Source: Vicugna vicugna (Eukaryota). From it: a DNA stretch of 64,000 bases. The stretch is from NCBI GenBank assembly GCA_013265495.1, contig MU058221.1, positions 992,001 through 1,056,000 of the forward strand, written 5' to 3'. The notes under the pieces were generated by a model that worked only from the letters and a program-made list of their open reading frames with translations, did no database searches and was not told the DNA's origin. This document shows positions 26,380-39,610 of this stretch, in pieces; position 1 is the stretch's first letter, and the number at the start of each line of letters is the position of its first letter. The translations under genes were made by a program, and so were the position numbers.

Positions 26380-27498
26380 CTTAACAACCATGATGGGAAA
26401 AGACTGGAACCCACCAAAAAGGATCTCCAGCTGGAGACGTAAGGAGGGAACACAGCCGGATGGCAGGAAGGGAGGGCTCGTGATGTTCTCAGATCCCACA
26501 GCCCCGGGGGGCAACCTACAAGCTGGAGAAAAATTACATTGCAGAGGCCCTTCCACAGGAGAGTTGTCAGCCCCACGTCGGGCTCCCCAGCCCAGGGTTC
26601 CAGCATCAGGAGGAGGACCTCCCAGAGCATTCGAAGTCCATCAAGGGTTAATTGCAGGAGCTCCGTGGGACTGAGGGAAACACAGACTTCACTCTCTTGG
26701 GAAGCACACACAGAGTCTCATGTACCCTGGGGCCAAAGGAAGAGACAGTGAATTTGTAGGAAGCCGGGCCAAGCCTGCCTGCTAGTTTTGGAAGGTATCT
26801 TGGGTCCTGCGGGCGGCTGTGGCTCACCCTAGGGATGTAAAAGCAAGTGGCAGACATTCAGGGAGGATTCATCGACATGAGCTTTAGTGGAGGCTGGCAT
26901 CTTGCTTGGGTCATTAGCACTAAGACCTGGCCCCACCCCGCAGCCTGTAGGCTTAAGTGCAAAGAGGTCTCAGGTCAAACAACATCCTGCATGGGAGCAC
27001 AGCCCGATCCATCAGCAGACTTCCTGAGCCCACAGCCGCCTCTAGACCCAACCCTGGACATGACCCTGCCCGCCAGAGGGCCAGGACTCAGCTCCACCCT
27101 GCAGTGGGCAGGCACTGACCCCTCCTGCCAGGAGACCTGCACAAGCCTCTAGTCCAGCCTCACCTTCCAGGGAGCAGATGACAGAACGAAGAAAACAATA
27201 ACCCCACAGCCTGTGGAAGGAATCCACAAACACAAGCCAGACTCTACCCTGGGACCAGCTGGACCCTCGCCCTTGGGTGATGACAGAAGAGTGCACTGCT
27301 GGGACGCACAGGAAATCTCATGTATCAGGACAACTTCTCCAAGGCTGAGAAACATAACTAACCTGAATAAAAATACAAATAGAAATTTAGACAAATTGAG
27401 GTGATGGAGGAATATGTTCCAGGCAAAGGCACAAGACAAAACTCCAGAAGAAGAAATAAGAGATGAGGAGATAAGCAATCACCTGAGAAGGATTTCAA
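26380..27498 (+). mobile_element. L1 5'UTR and start of ORF1 (cetartiodactyl-type), 3'-truncated
   Basis: GC-rich 5'UTR-like sequence (cagccccacgtcgggctccccagcccaggg...) leading into a degenerate ORF1 start (RNMFQAKAQDKTPEEEIRDEEISN). Confidence 0.8.
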
Positions 27499-27499
27499 T

Positions 27500-27635
27500 A
27501 TTGGTTCATTAATTATGACAAGTTTACCATATTAAAAGTGTTAATAGTAGGAAAAACTGATGTGGGGTGTATGGGACCTCTTTATAACTTTTCTGTAAAC
27601 TTAAAACTGTTCCAAAATTATAGCTTATTTTTAAA
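27500..27635 (+). mobile_element. L1MC-like 3' terminus
   Basis: gtatgggacctctttataacttttctgtaaacttaaaactgttccaaaatt. Confidence 0.7.
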
Positions 27636-27763
27636 AAATCCTTTTAGTCATATATGGCATGATCGAGCTGGAATTGATTATCGATCCTATTAAATAGTAC
27701 ATACATTAAAAAAGAACAGATAGCAAAATAAGATAAAGCATTTGTGACTACAAATGCAAATAC

Positions 27764-27873
27764 TTTTTTAAAAATTTTATTTTATTGAGTTATAGTCAGT
27801 TTACAATGTTGTGTCAATTTCCAGTGTAGAGCACAATTTTCAGTTATACATGAACATACACATGTTCATTGTC
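27764..27873 (-). mobile_element. Severely 5'-truncated young L1 (110 bp) with perfect 17-bp TSD
   Basis: TSD actacaaatgcaaatac at 27747-27763 and 27874-27890; body matches the other camelid L1 3' ends in this window. Confidence 0.9.
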
Positions 27874-28779
27874 ACTACAAATGCAAATACATTAATTGTC
27901 AATGTGAAAGCCCAGAGACTCTAAGGTTTGGTCATCCGAAACTAAACACCAACCACTCAGAAAGGATTAAAAAGTAAATAACACGTTGGGTGAAAAAATA
28001 AAATAAAAAAGAGAGCAGTCCTATTCAAGCAAAACTACAGCCTGTGCCCCATAGCAATACTGTAATATCTAGGGCTAAATAAGATCCAGAATGTTATTTT
28101 TAAAACGAGAAAGTTGTGCCCATCAGTAATGTCACAAAGGAAACACTCAATATTCCACATGGCTATCCTATCCAGAAGTTTTGAACGTCTGCCGTAGGTT
28201 CAGCCCAACTGGTATTCCAAATGCCCCGTCTTCATTATCACTAAGTAATGAAGGGAGATATCAAAGATGCCTTTTGAAGCGGAAAAATACCACCAACACT
28301 TACAGAGGTCATCGTTATGAAACAGGTACCCCGACGCCTGTTGCTACCGTCCGACTGAGCACTGGTGACCGTCCCTGAGCCTGATCAGCCCAAATGCAGT
28401 CTCTGTTGTTTGTCACAGCTGACTTTGTGTGCTTTTGTCATTCTCTTCCCTCTTCCCTACCCTCGTCCTCGCCTCATCCATTTTAAAGTCAATGACAATA
28501 AGTCCTGTACACATTTCATAGAGATGCCATAGAAAACATGCAATAAACTAAGAGAGCTGGATTTGATTGTACAATATTTGCACGACTAGAAATGCCATGA
28601 AAACTGAAATTAAAATGAAACAAATGAAGAGTTTATAGAAGTACAAAAAAGAGATCTTATCAAGTAATAAGAAAATCCCTTTAGGAGAGTGTGTAAAATT
28701 TGAATACGATACATTTAAACATTAATAAACAAGTGAAAACATGTCTAGTTTCAAAACAGTCAAAAATTTTACCTGCTAA

Positions 28780-29290
28780 TTTGTCAACAAATAAAAAACA
28801 GTCAAGTAAGACTGAAGTTGCAATGAAATGGACAGTCTCAAATATATCTGGAGGAGGGATATTGTCACAAACTTTCAGGAGGAATTTTTGCTGCAGAAAT
28901 AGATGCAAAGATGTTGGTATGATAACCTGCATTGCCAGAACATTTATAATTAGGAGAATTCAGATTCTCTATAAACTAAAAAAGTTGGATAGATAATCTA
29001 GGAACTCATACAACGGAATGTTATATAGTCACATAATTAATTTCATAGATAATATGTAATGATCTATAAGGCTGTTCATAATATTTGCATAATTAGATAT
29101 TCATGTCTTTGTCACAAGTAGTACCAAGGTGTGATAGCATTTTAAAATTACATACGCATATAAAAAGCTAGAAGAATATCCAACAAAAATATTTATCTCT
29201 AAATAGTGAAATATTATGTGATTATCATCAACTTATTTTTGTGTAATTACTGTATTTAGGAAATGAATAGTTATCAATGTGCAGTTAAAT
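28780..29290 (+). mobile_element. Ancient L1ME-like fragment
   Basis: Degenerate ORF2-end/3'UTR (tagatgcaaagatgttggtatgataacctgcattgccag...acggaatgttatatagtc). Confidence 0.5.
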
Positions 29291-30194
29291 ACAGTTATGT
29301 TTCAATTATTATTTCTATGCAATATAAAGTTTTTTTTTCAAAGTTTGCCATTAAAATCTGATATCATAAATCAATTTACTTGCCTGAATAAATATTGATT
29401 TAATAGTTATATTCACACTGAGAATATGACTTTGCCATTAAATGATGAAAATAAAATCACTTGTCTAATTATGAAGTTCAGCGGTGCCAAAACATAGGCT
29501 AATTTCATGTGGCCTTTCACAAGCCATGGAACCCGCTGACTCCCTTGCTGGCATAAAAAATATCACACGCGGATGAAACGATGAAGATATTCTGGTGGAT
29601 AGCCTTCCATTAATAATGCTCAAAACGTCCATAGATGAATTTTCTCAAAGCATCAGATTGCTGAAGTGGTCATCTCCAGCCCTTCCAGCTTAGTGTATCT
29701 GGGTAAATAACAGAAAAAACCCAGAACGTCTGCTTTTCCTCCTTGTTATCTGTTATATAGATATGAACATACATCTTTCGTTTTGTTTGCCCTCGCTTTT
29801 TATGGTGGGAAAACTGACTTGACACAGTGAAGGACGACATTCTTATTAATGTAGACAGACACACGTCCGCTCAACAGTGCATTTTTAAAACAGCATTGTT
29901 TCCTAGGTCTCAAAGCACTGTTTGTAGACAACAACCTACTAGGTTTTTGTGTCTTTTCATTTGTTTGTTTTTTTGCACCAGCTTACGTTAAGAAAAGAAA
30001 TATTTATCCATTGATTAAGATAAATTTGAAATCAGCCATTTAATAAAATGAGAATAATTCATGGACAGATTAATCGTTTCATTGGAGTTCCTTGTGTATA
30101 ATTTTCATCTTCAAAATCTTCTACAGGTCAAATTAAACTAACTTTAAAAAGATCACATATGATTATTCTCTCTTTAAGCAATATTAATAAATCA

Positions 30195-30865
30195 AAATAA
30201 TAACATTTATTGTTTACCACGTATCAGGTGTGTTCTAGAGACTTTAAGTGAATTAGGGTGATGCCCATAACGACTTAAGAAGACAGGTTCGTTGGGCGGG
30301 GTTCCCCAGCAGCAGGGCCTGAGAAGGGCGTTTATGAGCATGTGATTGATTGAATCAGCGCTCTCTGTGTTACCTGTGAAGTCATGAGGGAAGCAGGAGA
30401 GGGAAGAAAAAAGGTTACGTCTGGAGAGGATGTGGCTCCAGGAGACGTCTAACTGGACCTCATCTCAAGAGGAGCTCCGGAGGGGAAATCATTCCAAAGA
30501 CTCTGTTTTACTTTGGGTCAAAGGAGAAGAGCTTCGGCTTCTCTCTCAGCACCTAGGCACCCAGGGGAGGGGGTTCTAGCTCAGGAGGGGGCCTGCGGGG
30601 GGCAGGGATAAAGCGGGTGGCCGTCTAGGGACGCACCCAGCTCCCCACAGCCGGAGGCGTGTCGCCCAGAGAGCTGGCAGGTGGGCTCCCGGAGAGCCGG
30701 GCAAGGCACCGGAGGCGTCTGACACCGTTACTTCACTCATTTCAGAACTTAGGAGGTGGAGGTCCAGCAAAAACCGTGTGATTTACCCAAGGGCACACAG
30801 GTAGGCAGATTACAGAGCTTCAGTCAAGTCTTGTCAGCTTGGCTGCAGAGTTAGAACTCGTACTT
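30195..30865. mobile_element. MIR interrupted by an ERVL-type (LTR33/LTR16-like) LTR at ~30285-30722
   Basis: MIR halves on both sides (aataataacatttattg...; gtgtgatttacccaagggcacacagg). The insert begins gttccccagcagcagggcctgagaagggcgtttatgagcatgtgattgattg. Confidence 0.6.
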
Positions 30866-32669
30866 TCGTATATTAAACTGATTCAGGTTTTCAAGTTAGC
30901 AATGCATTCATACAGATTTTTTTAGACGCCTGTTCTGATAATTACTTAAAAATCCATATGCTGTCTGGGACATTAAATGACACCAAAAGTACCATGGGTG
31001 TTAGAAAACTCGTAAGAAATTTTTTGTAATAAGTCAGGGCATTATGTTTTTTTTAATCAGCTTCTTTTTGAAACATTAATTTCTAGCATAACTGCCCTTC
31101 TGCATTTCTCTCCACACAAGATTCCTTTCTTCAAAAATTTGTTTCACCTTCTCCAGGTATGGTTTATATTTTGTTTTACTCCTTGAGGAATGTTTCAGAA
31201 CGATCAAAACGAATCTGTTTAGATTAGATTTTCTTCATTCCCAAAACTCGAGATTGCCCAGAAAGCTTGTTTAAGAAGGAATCCAAAATCAATCTGTAAT
31301 TAAAGACACTCATGTGCAAGACTGAAAAGTCACCGTACTAGGAAACACGCAATGGGAAATAAGCTCTTTCAGTTGAGTGATGTGTGGTCCTGCCAACTGC
31401 AAACAGGATGCGACATGCTGCAGACCCAGATGCTACACTGAATACAAAAATAAACATTCAGGAATATAACATCAGCACACAATTAGGAGTTTTAATAAGG
31501 ATGTGCTACAGCTAAAGTTGGAAATACTTTTTGGGGGTAATGGACTACATAATTTAAAGACCAGCAGTAAATTGCAGACGGTAAAATTCAATTACACCGA
31601 CTACAAGATGCATTCACACATGCTCCCATGAAGTGTACTAGTGCCAGAATCATTTTGCTACTAATGTTTCCTGCAGTTCTGGCCACACTCTTATTCTGAT
31701 CATTTAATTTATGAATAGAATAGAGGAATTGAATGATTAGTTTGGGATCAGAAAAAAAAAGGGCTTACAGTTTATCAAGGTGATAAATCCTTTCTTCTGT
31801 AAAACATATGTGGACTTTCTAAAAGCAGCCAAGTAGTTTAATAAAAGAGGGTAGTTGTCAATCAGGGTCCCAGATGTACGAGAAAATAAAAGAAAAAACA
31901 TGTATTACTTGAAGAAAGGAAGCTGGAGGAAATACAGGCAGCCAGGCAACACTAGTTATGAAGTCGTTCTGAGGATGGGAAGGTACTGGGTTCTACTGTT
32001 CATTTTCAAGGTCATTAGATGAATCCAAAAAGGAGGGGGAAAATTACTACAGGGGTTTTCTCCAAGGAGTAGGTAGCAACTTAGTGGAATTCTTATTTCA
32101 TTCCTTCAGTAAATGGATCTATATTACGTTTCTTAGAAAGAGTCATTGCTTGCTATACGGTGGTTTTAAACTCCCATATGACAAAGTGCTACTGTAACAT
32201 ATCTTTTATAAACACAGCAGTTGTGTTTAAGAGCGCTTCTGCAAGGGAAATAAAACTGTCCACAATATATGCAAATTGCTTGGGATCTGTTGATCTGAAT
32301 GAAATGCTCATATCCTTAACTGACAGATTATTAGATACTAAGAAGAGAATATATGGCATTCCATTCAGCAAATTTATGGACCATAAAGGGAAAGCACACA
32401 TTAAAGTTGTTTAGATCATGCACAGCAGGCTATTGAAAAGTTAGACATTAAGTTGAACTATGCACTTTATTTTGTCAGTAAACACCATCGAAGGGAGTGT
32501 AAATGTTTTTCCATTGTGTACGGCTGTCTGTGTGTTCCTTTCAAGAATTTCGTCCTTACATAGAAAACGCAGCAAAATAATAATCTTACATTTTCCTTCA
32601 TTATAACCCCCACCTCCATTCACCACAATAATAAAGCCATACAGATAATATCTCTGTTAGAATCATCTT

Positions 32670-32978
32670 TTCCTTATTTAAAAAAAATTTTATTGAGTTA
32701 TAGTCGGTTTACAATGTTGCATCAATTTCTGGTGCACAGAACAATTTTTCAGTCCTACATGAACATACATATGTTCATCTTCATATTCTTTTTCCCCATG
32801 AGCTACCACAAGATCTTGTCTACATGTCCCTGTGCTGTACAGTATAAACTTATTTATCTATTCTGTATATGCCTGTCAGTATCTACCGAGCTCGAGCTCC
32901 CAGTCTGTCCCTCCCCACCCCCTTCCCCGCCGGCAACCTAAGTGTGTCTTCTGTGTCTGTGAGTCTGTTTCTGTTTTA
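32670..32978 (-). mobile_element. 5'-truncated camelid-type L1 with TSD
   Basis: L1 3'UTR antisense; TSD tagaatc(a/c)tctt at 32658-32669 and 32979-32990. Confidence 0.88.
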
Positions 32979-33269
32979 TAGAATCCTCTTCTTAGTGGCA
33001 TTGACTTCTGCCATAGAAAAGAGTAGAGGAGCCAAAGATAAAGGTTCTCATAATCTTGGAAACCACACTGAGCTGATATCTCGGCCCGTTACTATAATTA
33101 CATTTGACACGTATTTTGCAGATGCCGTCAAGACAAGGATGAAGTTTAAAAGTCAACAAAACTATCAGGAAAGGGGACTTGGCCTTAGGGACTTAAGTCT
33201 CCTTGAGGCGGGAGGTCCTGCTTCGTTTCATTCTCAACTCCTGGATTTTTTAAAATATGTGTTTTTTTC

Positions 33270-35100
33270 AAGGTTCAGACACTTCATTTTTAGAACAGGT
33301 TTAGGTTTATAGAAAAATTGTGCAGAAGGTCCAGAAAGCTCCCCTGCTTCTCACCCCAACCCATCATAGACCTCATGATTAATTGGTTGAACGAGTGTGG
33401 TGTATTTTTCGCAATCGATGAACCGATATTGATGCATTATTATTAACTAAAATTCAAAGTCTACATTAAGGCTGACTCTGTTGGCTGCTCAGTTCTATGG
33501 ATTTTGACAAATGTCATGTAACCAACATAGTAATTTAACAGGGAATAATTTTGTTATCCTAAAATTGTCTTATTCTCCACATATTCATACCTCCTTTCCT
33601 AGATCTCTTCAAATATCTGACAGGCTACTAGTGGTTTTTTTCCAACCTATGTTTTTTTTCTTTTTTACAATGTCATAAAATTGTATTCATAAAGTAGGTA
33701 GCCTTTTCAGATTGCCTTTTTTAACTTATCAAATTTGCATTTAAAGTTCTTCTGTCCTTGTGTGTGTGCGAGACATTCAAGACTTAGTCTTTCAGCAAAA
33801 TTTTCAAACATACAATATTATTCACAATAGTTACAACCTTATTCATCTTATAACTGAAATTTGTACCATTTGACCACCATCTCTCCATTTTCCCTCCCCC
33901 ACAGCCCTAGCCTTCTCTTTTCGGCTTCTGTGAGTTCAATTTTTTTTTTTAAGATTTCATATAAGTGAGATAATACAGTATTTGTCTTTCTGTGTCTGGC
34001 TTATTTCACTTAGAATACGGTCCTCCTGGTTCATCTGTGCTCTCAAAAATGAAGGGATTTCCTTCTTTTTGATAGCTGAATAATATTCTTGCATGTATGT
34101 GTTTCAGTAACACTTTGTTGACCCATTCATTCATTAACAGACACTTAGATCGTTTCCGTATCTTGCCCATTGAGAATAAAGCTGCAATGAACATGAGAGT
34201 GCAGCTATCTCTTCAAGATACTGATTCAGTTTCTTTGGATATGTACCCAGAAGTGGGATGACTGAATCATGTGATAGCTGGAACCTGATCTCCAACAAAC
34301 CTGGTGAAAATTATTTAAAAAACATTTTAAAATCTGGAAATGATCCCAACACGTAACATAAATGAAAACCACTGATTCAAGACAATCTCTAAAATGCAGT
34401 TAAAACTATGACAGGATGTAGTAACTGAACTGCTTCCGCCTCATCATCTTCAACTCAAGAAGAAGGTAATCTCACCGCAGAGCAGGCAGCCAAGAGCACA
34501 GCCCCTCTCTGCCCCCAGGACCCAGCTGAAGGCTGTCTTCCCCAGGGAGGCAGGATGTCAGCACTTCTCATCTTCTCTCCAGCTGCCTGCTGCTGAGGCT
34601 ACGTTCCAGGTTAAAAATTCAGAGTCTCCCTGCTTCTGCCAAGTCACGGGACAGAAGTTATGCCAATAATATGGCCCCTCTCACCACTGTCCCAGCTGAA
34701 AAGTCAATGTCTCCATTATAGGGGGGGCAACAGACTTGTGGCATCTCTGAAACGCTATCGAAAGCGTAGATCCTAAAGCACGGGTGCCACCCAGACACAA
34801 AAGTGCCCTTGGCTCTGTGCCCAGCCTCACAGCAGCGCGTCACAAATTCTGCCTGTGGGAGAAGTGAGCTGTTGAGCAGAGAGCCGTTGATCTCTTCCCA
34901 AAGTAACTGCCTTCATTTGGAGCAGAGCGTGGAGAATTCCAAGCTATTGATGGCTACGGATTTTGAGCATCTTTTAATGTGCTTATTGGCTATGTGCATA
35001 CTGTTCTTGAAAATAGAACAACATTCAGGTCTTCTGACTATTTAAAAAAACGAGCTAAAACAGTTCTTGGTACAAATCCCTTTGTCAGATATACGATTTT
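33270..35100. mobile_element. Cluster of old L1 fragments (L1MC-like 3' end on -, L1MA-like 3' end on -, L1M 5'-region on +, further ORF2 end on -)
   Basis: tttttagaacaggtttaggtttatagaaaaattgtgcagaagg; gatttcatataagtgagataatacagtatttgtctttctg; ttttgagcatcttttaatgtgcttattggc. Confidence 0.75.
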
Positions 35101-36229
35101 TCAAATCATGAAATGAAATCACAGTAAAAGGGTTTTGCACAGCAACTTCCACAAATTCAGAGGAAGTTGAACAAAAGACCATGCTTTCTTTGTAGGGCGT
35201 GTAACGTGCTTCTGGAAGAAGAACCTTGGATGGATATGTTATTCACCGGCTTGTCAGGTTTTGTGATGGTGACTCAGGAAGCTTCGATTTAACAAGGCTA
35301 CATAAATTAGATAACAATAAACTCTGTCTCTGACCTAATTCTGAGAGGTTTTTTTTTAAAGTGTAAGCTAATAGAAGACTCCACTATTTCCTTTATAATT
35401 CTTTTGAGTGACTCATAGTCTTTTTTGCATAAATTTTCAAATCTATGTATGTTGATGTTGAAAGTGTATCTGTAGTTTCATATACATATTAACTTTTTAG
35501 ATAAAAACCCTAAACTATTATTTTGTAATAATTGCACAAAGTCCTCCAATAGACTTGAACATATAATTTCAAGTAATGTCATTTGGTTCGCCCTTCCCTG
35601 AGGAAACTGCTATTCTCAAGTTTAGAAGAAAAACATACTTGGGTGCCATCTACTCCCAGTGTCTCTGGGACAGAAGTCGTATCAAGATTTTTAAAAATGT
35701 AGTGCTTTCAATCATCAGATATTCTCTATCAGCACCTTTTAGGCACTGAGGACTTTGTCTAGCCCACATCATTTAATAACGTATCGATAAAATCTTCCCC
35801 AGTTGCTCCCACCGTCAGAGAGCGTGGATCGCTCATTCTTATTCCGTGGTCTTGTTGCTTTCTCCGTTTCTTGGATCAGCTCACAGACAATTTCATGAAA
35901 TGCACAAACACTGGCACTTTGACCTCAGCTGAAATCCGGAAGCTACGCGGGCCCCTCATTTATGGATTGGTGAGAACTTACATTCATGCACACCAGAAAA
36001 ACTTACAAAGTTTGTCAATATTTACGAAGTCAGTTTATCCTGACCATAACTGTGAGACTCTTATTCATGTGTGGCATGAACTGAATGACAGAGAGAGAAA
36101 CTATATGACCTTGTAAGCTGTGACAAGGAGGCTAAATTTTAAGAGCAACAGGAGCCATTTTCAAGTTTAAAGGAGGGAAGTGAAAATCATATGATACAAT
36201 TTAGGTTTAACCAACAGTAAGAAAGTGGA

Positions 36230-36530
36230 AACAGCTTAGCACTGACAGAACTAGAAATACGGCATTTGCAACGGCCTAGGTGAGGGGTGGCTGGGTTGGA
36301 ATGGAGTCTGGGGAAATGCAGAGAGGGAGGTGAGTCTGGATTTCTGTTTGGAGCAGAGCCAGCAGGACTTACTGATGGATTCATAAGAAAGTGAAGGTAA
36401 ATAATGTATCTTATTGTAGGAGCTAAAGCAAATGGAGGATCACACTTTACAGAGTCAGGAGATACTGGGAGAATCCAATTTACAGAGAAAAATCAAAAGC
36501 TCTGCTCTGGACCCCCGACATTTCAACTGA
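36230..36530 (-). mobile_element. L2 fragment
   Basis: ggatttctgtttggagcagagccagcaggacttactgatggatt...aaaatcaaaagctctgctctggac. Confidence 0.65.
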
Positions 36531-36537
36531 CTAGACT

Positions 36538-37150
36538 TGGGCTGCCCAGCACAGTAACCACGAACCACATGTAGTTATTAGCTCTCAAAATGTGACGGTA
36601 AATTCCTTTTCTGCGACATGAGTCTGTTTCTCTTTTTGTAAATGAGTTCATTTGTGTCATATTTTTAGATTCCACATATAAATGATATCACATATTTGTC
36701 TTTCTCTGTCTGACTTACTTCACTTAGCATGATAATCTCTAGGTCCATCCATGTTGCTACAAATAACACAACATTGTAAATTTTTTTTTAATTAAGAAAA
36801 AAAGTGAGCAGTGGCTCACAGCGAAACAAAACAGTGAATGTATGCATGTTCATGTGTAACTGAAAAATTGTGCTCTACACTGGAATTTGACACAACATTA
36901 TAAAATGACTATACCTCAATAAAAAATGTTTTAAAAAAGTGAACAATCAAAATTAAGATGATGGTAGTGAAAAATAGACAATGTATGATGAAAACATAGT
37001 GTCAGAATAAAATTGAAATATCTCAATAATTTTTATATTGATTACAATTGAAACAATATTTTGTGTATATTCAATTAAATGAAAATATTAAATGAATCCT
37101 TATACATTTAAAATTAATCTTTGGTTTACATTCTATTTCTACTGAAAAAA
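36538..37150 (-). mobile_element. MER33-like DNA transposon split by L1 insertions (~36600-36938)
   Basis: Left part gctgcccagcacagtaaccacgaaccacatgtagttattagctctcaaaatgtg; right part aaatatctcaataatttttatattgattacaattgaaacaatattttg; L1 3'UTR pieces in between. Confidence 0.7.
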
Positions 37151-37159
37151 ATGACTTAG

Positions 37160-37232
37160 GCCAGTTGTCAGCAAACTATGGCCTCTTTTTATATGACCTG
37201 CAAGCTAAAAATGGTTGATGGTTAAAAAAAAA
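37160..37232 (+). mobile_element. MER58-like fragment
   Basis: cagttgtcagcaaactatggcc...tatatgacctgcaagctaaaaatggtt. Confidence 0.55.
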
Positions 37233-39474
37233 TTTAGTTGAATTAGTGTTTTCATTTTGTTAAAGTTACTGATGACCGCCTTGCACTTTCTCATGTGTCT
37301 ATGCACACTCAGACTTAGTGAGATTCATGCCTTGCTATCTGTGTCTTGAAAAAAACTTTTTTCCGAGTTGCAAAATACCTGTTAGCATTTTGGAATAGAT
37401 AATATTTTTCACATGAGCTCCAAAAGCATAATGATGTGTTCTCATTAAAAAGAAAGTAAATGAGGTAAAACTTCGCCATTAACTTACTTTAAAAAAGCCA
37501 TTATGTTGCTAGATATTATTTTGTTTTGTTACTTAAATTGAAACTATTGGTTTCAAATTTTCCTTATGAAAAAAGGATGACATGTTTCAGAATGAATATG
37601 GAAGGCAAAATTGTATATGCTTTATAATCATACACTTAAAATTCTACATGAAATACGGAGAACTTGTGTGCACGCATGCGTGCGTGTGCTCACACACACA
37701 CACACACACGCACGGCAGTAAGGGTCTAAAGAGACCAAGTCAGCAGAAGAAAATCTGTGTGTTCTTTTTTTTTTAAGATAATATTTGGGCAAAGGGACTG
37801 TCAAACTCCTATGCTGGTGATGTGTTTAAATAATAAATGATACATGTGATTTTTGTGCTTTTTACTTGCAGAAAAGACATGAAATAAAGGAAGACGAGCT
37901 TGAGTAAAAATTTGAAGGCGTCAGAGTTTGGGAGACCCCCAGCCCTAGCTTATGACAAGCCTGAGAGACACGGGGTAGATCATTTAAATTCTTCGTTACT
38001 TTTGTCTTCTACGAAATAAGGTGTTGGTCGGGAAGATATTTAAGCTTCTTTCTCACTCTGTCCCTTGTTGGAAATCACCCATTCTGCAAAAACAGCTCTA
38101 CAACAAAATAAGCCACTTGTCACAGCGAGAGCCCACGTGCGCCGGGACCACGGGGCCTCCCACTGAAGCTAGTGTGATTCGAAAACAGAGCCACTAAGAA
38201 CAGCTGTGTGATCCTCGCTGTGTTAGCCTCTCTCCTCGGATAATCTGTAAGCAGACTAAATATGTTTGTCCTTGGTAAGGCATTTATCATTTCTGAAACA
38301 CAATGAATTTAGTGGGTATGTAGAAAACTAAAGTATTGATTTTTCTCCTCATGTTCAATTTTTTTCTTATTTTATCCCTTTGAGCAAAGATGCAGAACAC
38401 ATAAATGATCATGCTTCACACGCAGAGCCTGCCGCCAAGTTCACTGCTTCTGTACGGGTTCCAATTTCTGAAGGTAGGGCCGGTACATAACTCACAGCAA
38501 AAGGGGGAACAGAGTCTTCAACGAAAACTACTAATTACTCAAACTTCATAAAGCAATTTCAGAGGGGTGTCAGAAAATATTCATTTGTGTAGGTTTATCA
38601 AAACATATAGTCATACTCATAGGGCTGAAAAGCTGGGAAATTCACGGAGTGGCAGAGACACAGGTGCAAACTGAATCCTTGGAAACAATTTTTTAAGAAA
38701 TCAACAAATACAGAGCTATAAACAGAAACAAATGGACCAGAGGGGTATCTCATACTACTTTTAAATCAAGAGCAGAATTTTTCTTAATGCACTGGGTTTG
38801 GGGTGTGCAGCATGTTTTCTCAAAAAAGAGACGGGAACTTCCACCTCCCTGATGCACTTGGCCGTGGCGCGCAGGGCCACGCCCCAGTGACCCCGACCCG
38901 GCTCTGTCCTTTCCCTTTTCTTTAATCCCTCTTGTACACCTCTGTCAAATTAAACTTCATGAAATACCACTTTCGACATTTTACCACCCTAATCACGAAC
39001 GCTGCAATAGAGCCTTTTGGTGACACATACTACGGCAATCAGGGTCTTCATCAACCAGACCTTTCCTTCCTTTCTATACGAGTACACCAGGGAAGAGGCT
39101 ACACCACTACATGGGTTTCATTTCATTTCCTTCCCATGGAGCCATTCTCCCTTCTTTAAAGGCAAAGAGAAATGAGGCGGGTGCCAGGCAAGGACAGACT
39201 TCAGATTGTGGAGCCACAATTAGCCCATGAAAAAAAGAAATGCAGGGTTGAAAGGAAAACCGAATCGTTACAGAGCTTACAATGAAGCCTAAACATGAAG
39301 AGACAGATTCCAAGGTTGAGGACCAACATTATCAAGAGGGTTGAGAAACGGTGTCATGAAATGAAGAATCTAGAGAGGGTCCCTGAGCCATCAGAACATA
39401 TTTCTAGGTAGAAAGTATGGAGAGAATTTTATTTTAAGGTACCAAGGAGGTTTAAGTCTTAGCTGTGATAAGTG

Positions 39475-39610
39475 AAGGGAGGAAAAAAAAAAAAGAATAG
39501 AAGAAAGAGACAAAAAGTAAAGAAGGAAGGTGGGAGGAAAGAAAGGAGAAAGAGAGGATGGGAGGAAAGGATATTAAAAAAAAAAAGAAGAAGAAGGGGA
39601 AAAAAAGGTG
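39475..39610. repeat. Purine-rich low-complexity tract
   Basis: Almost exclusively A/G. Confidence 0.85.
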
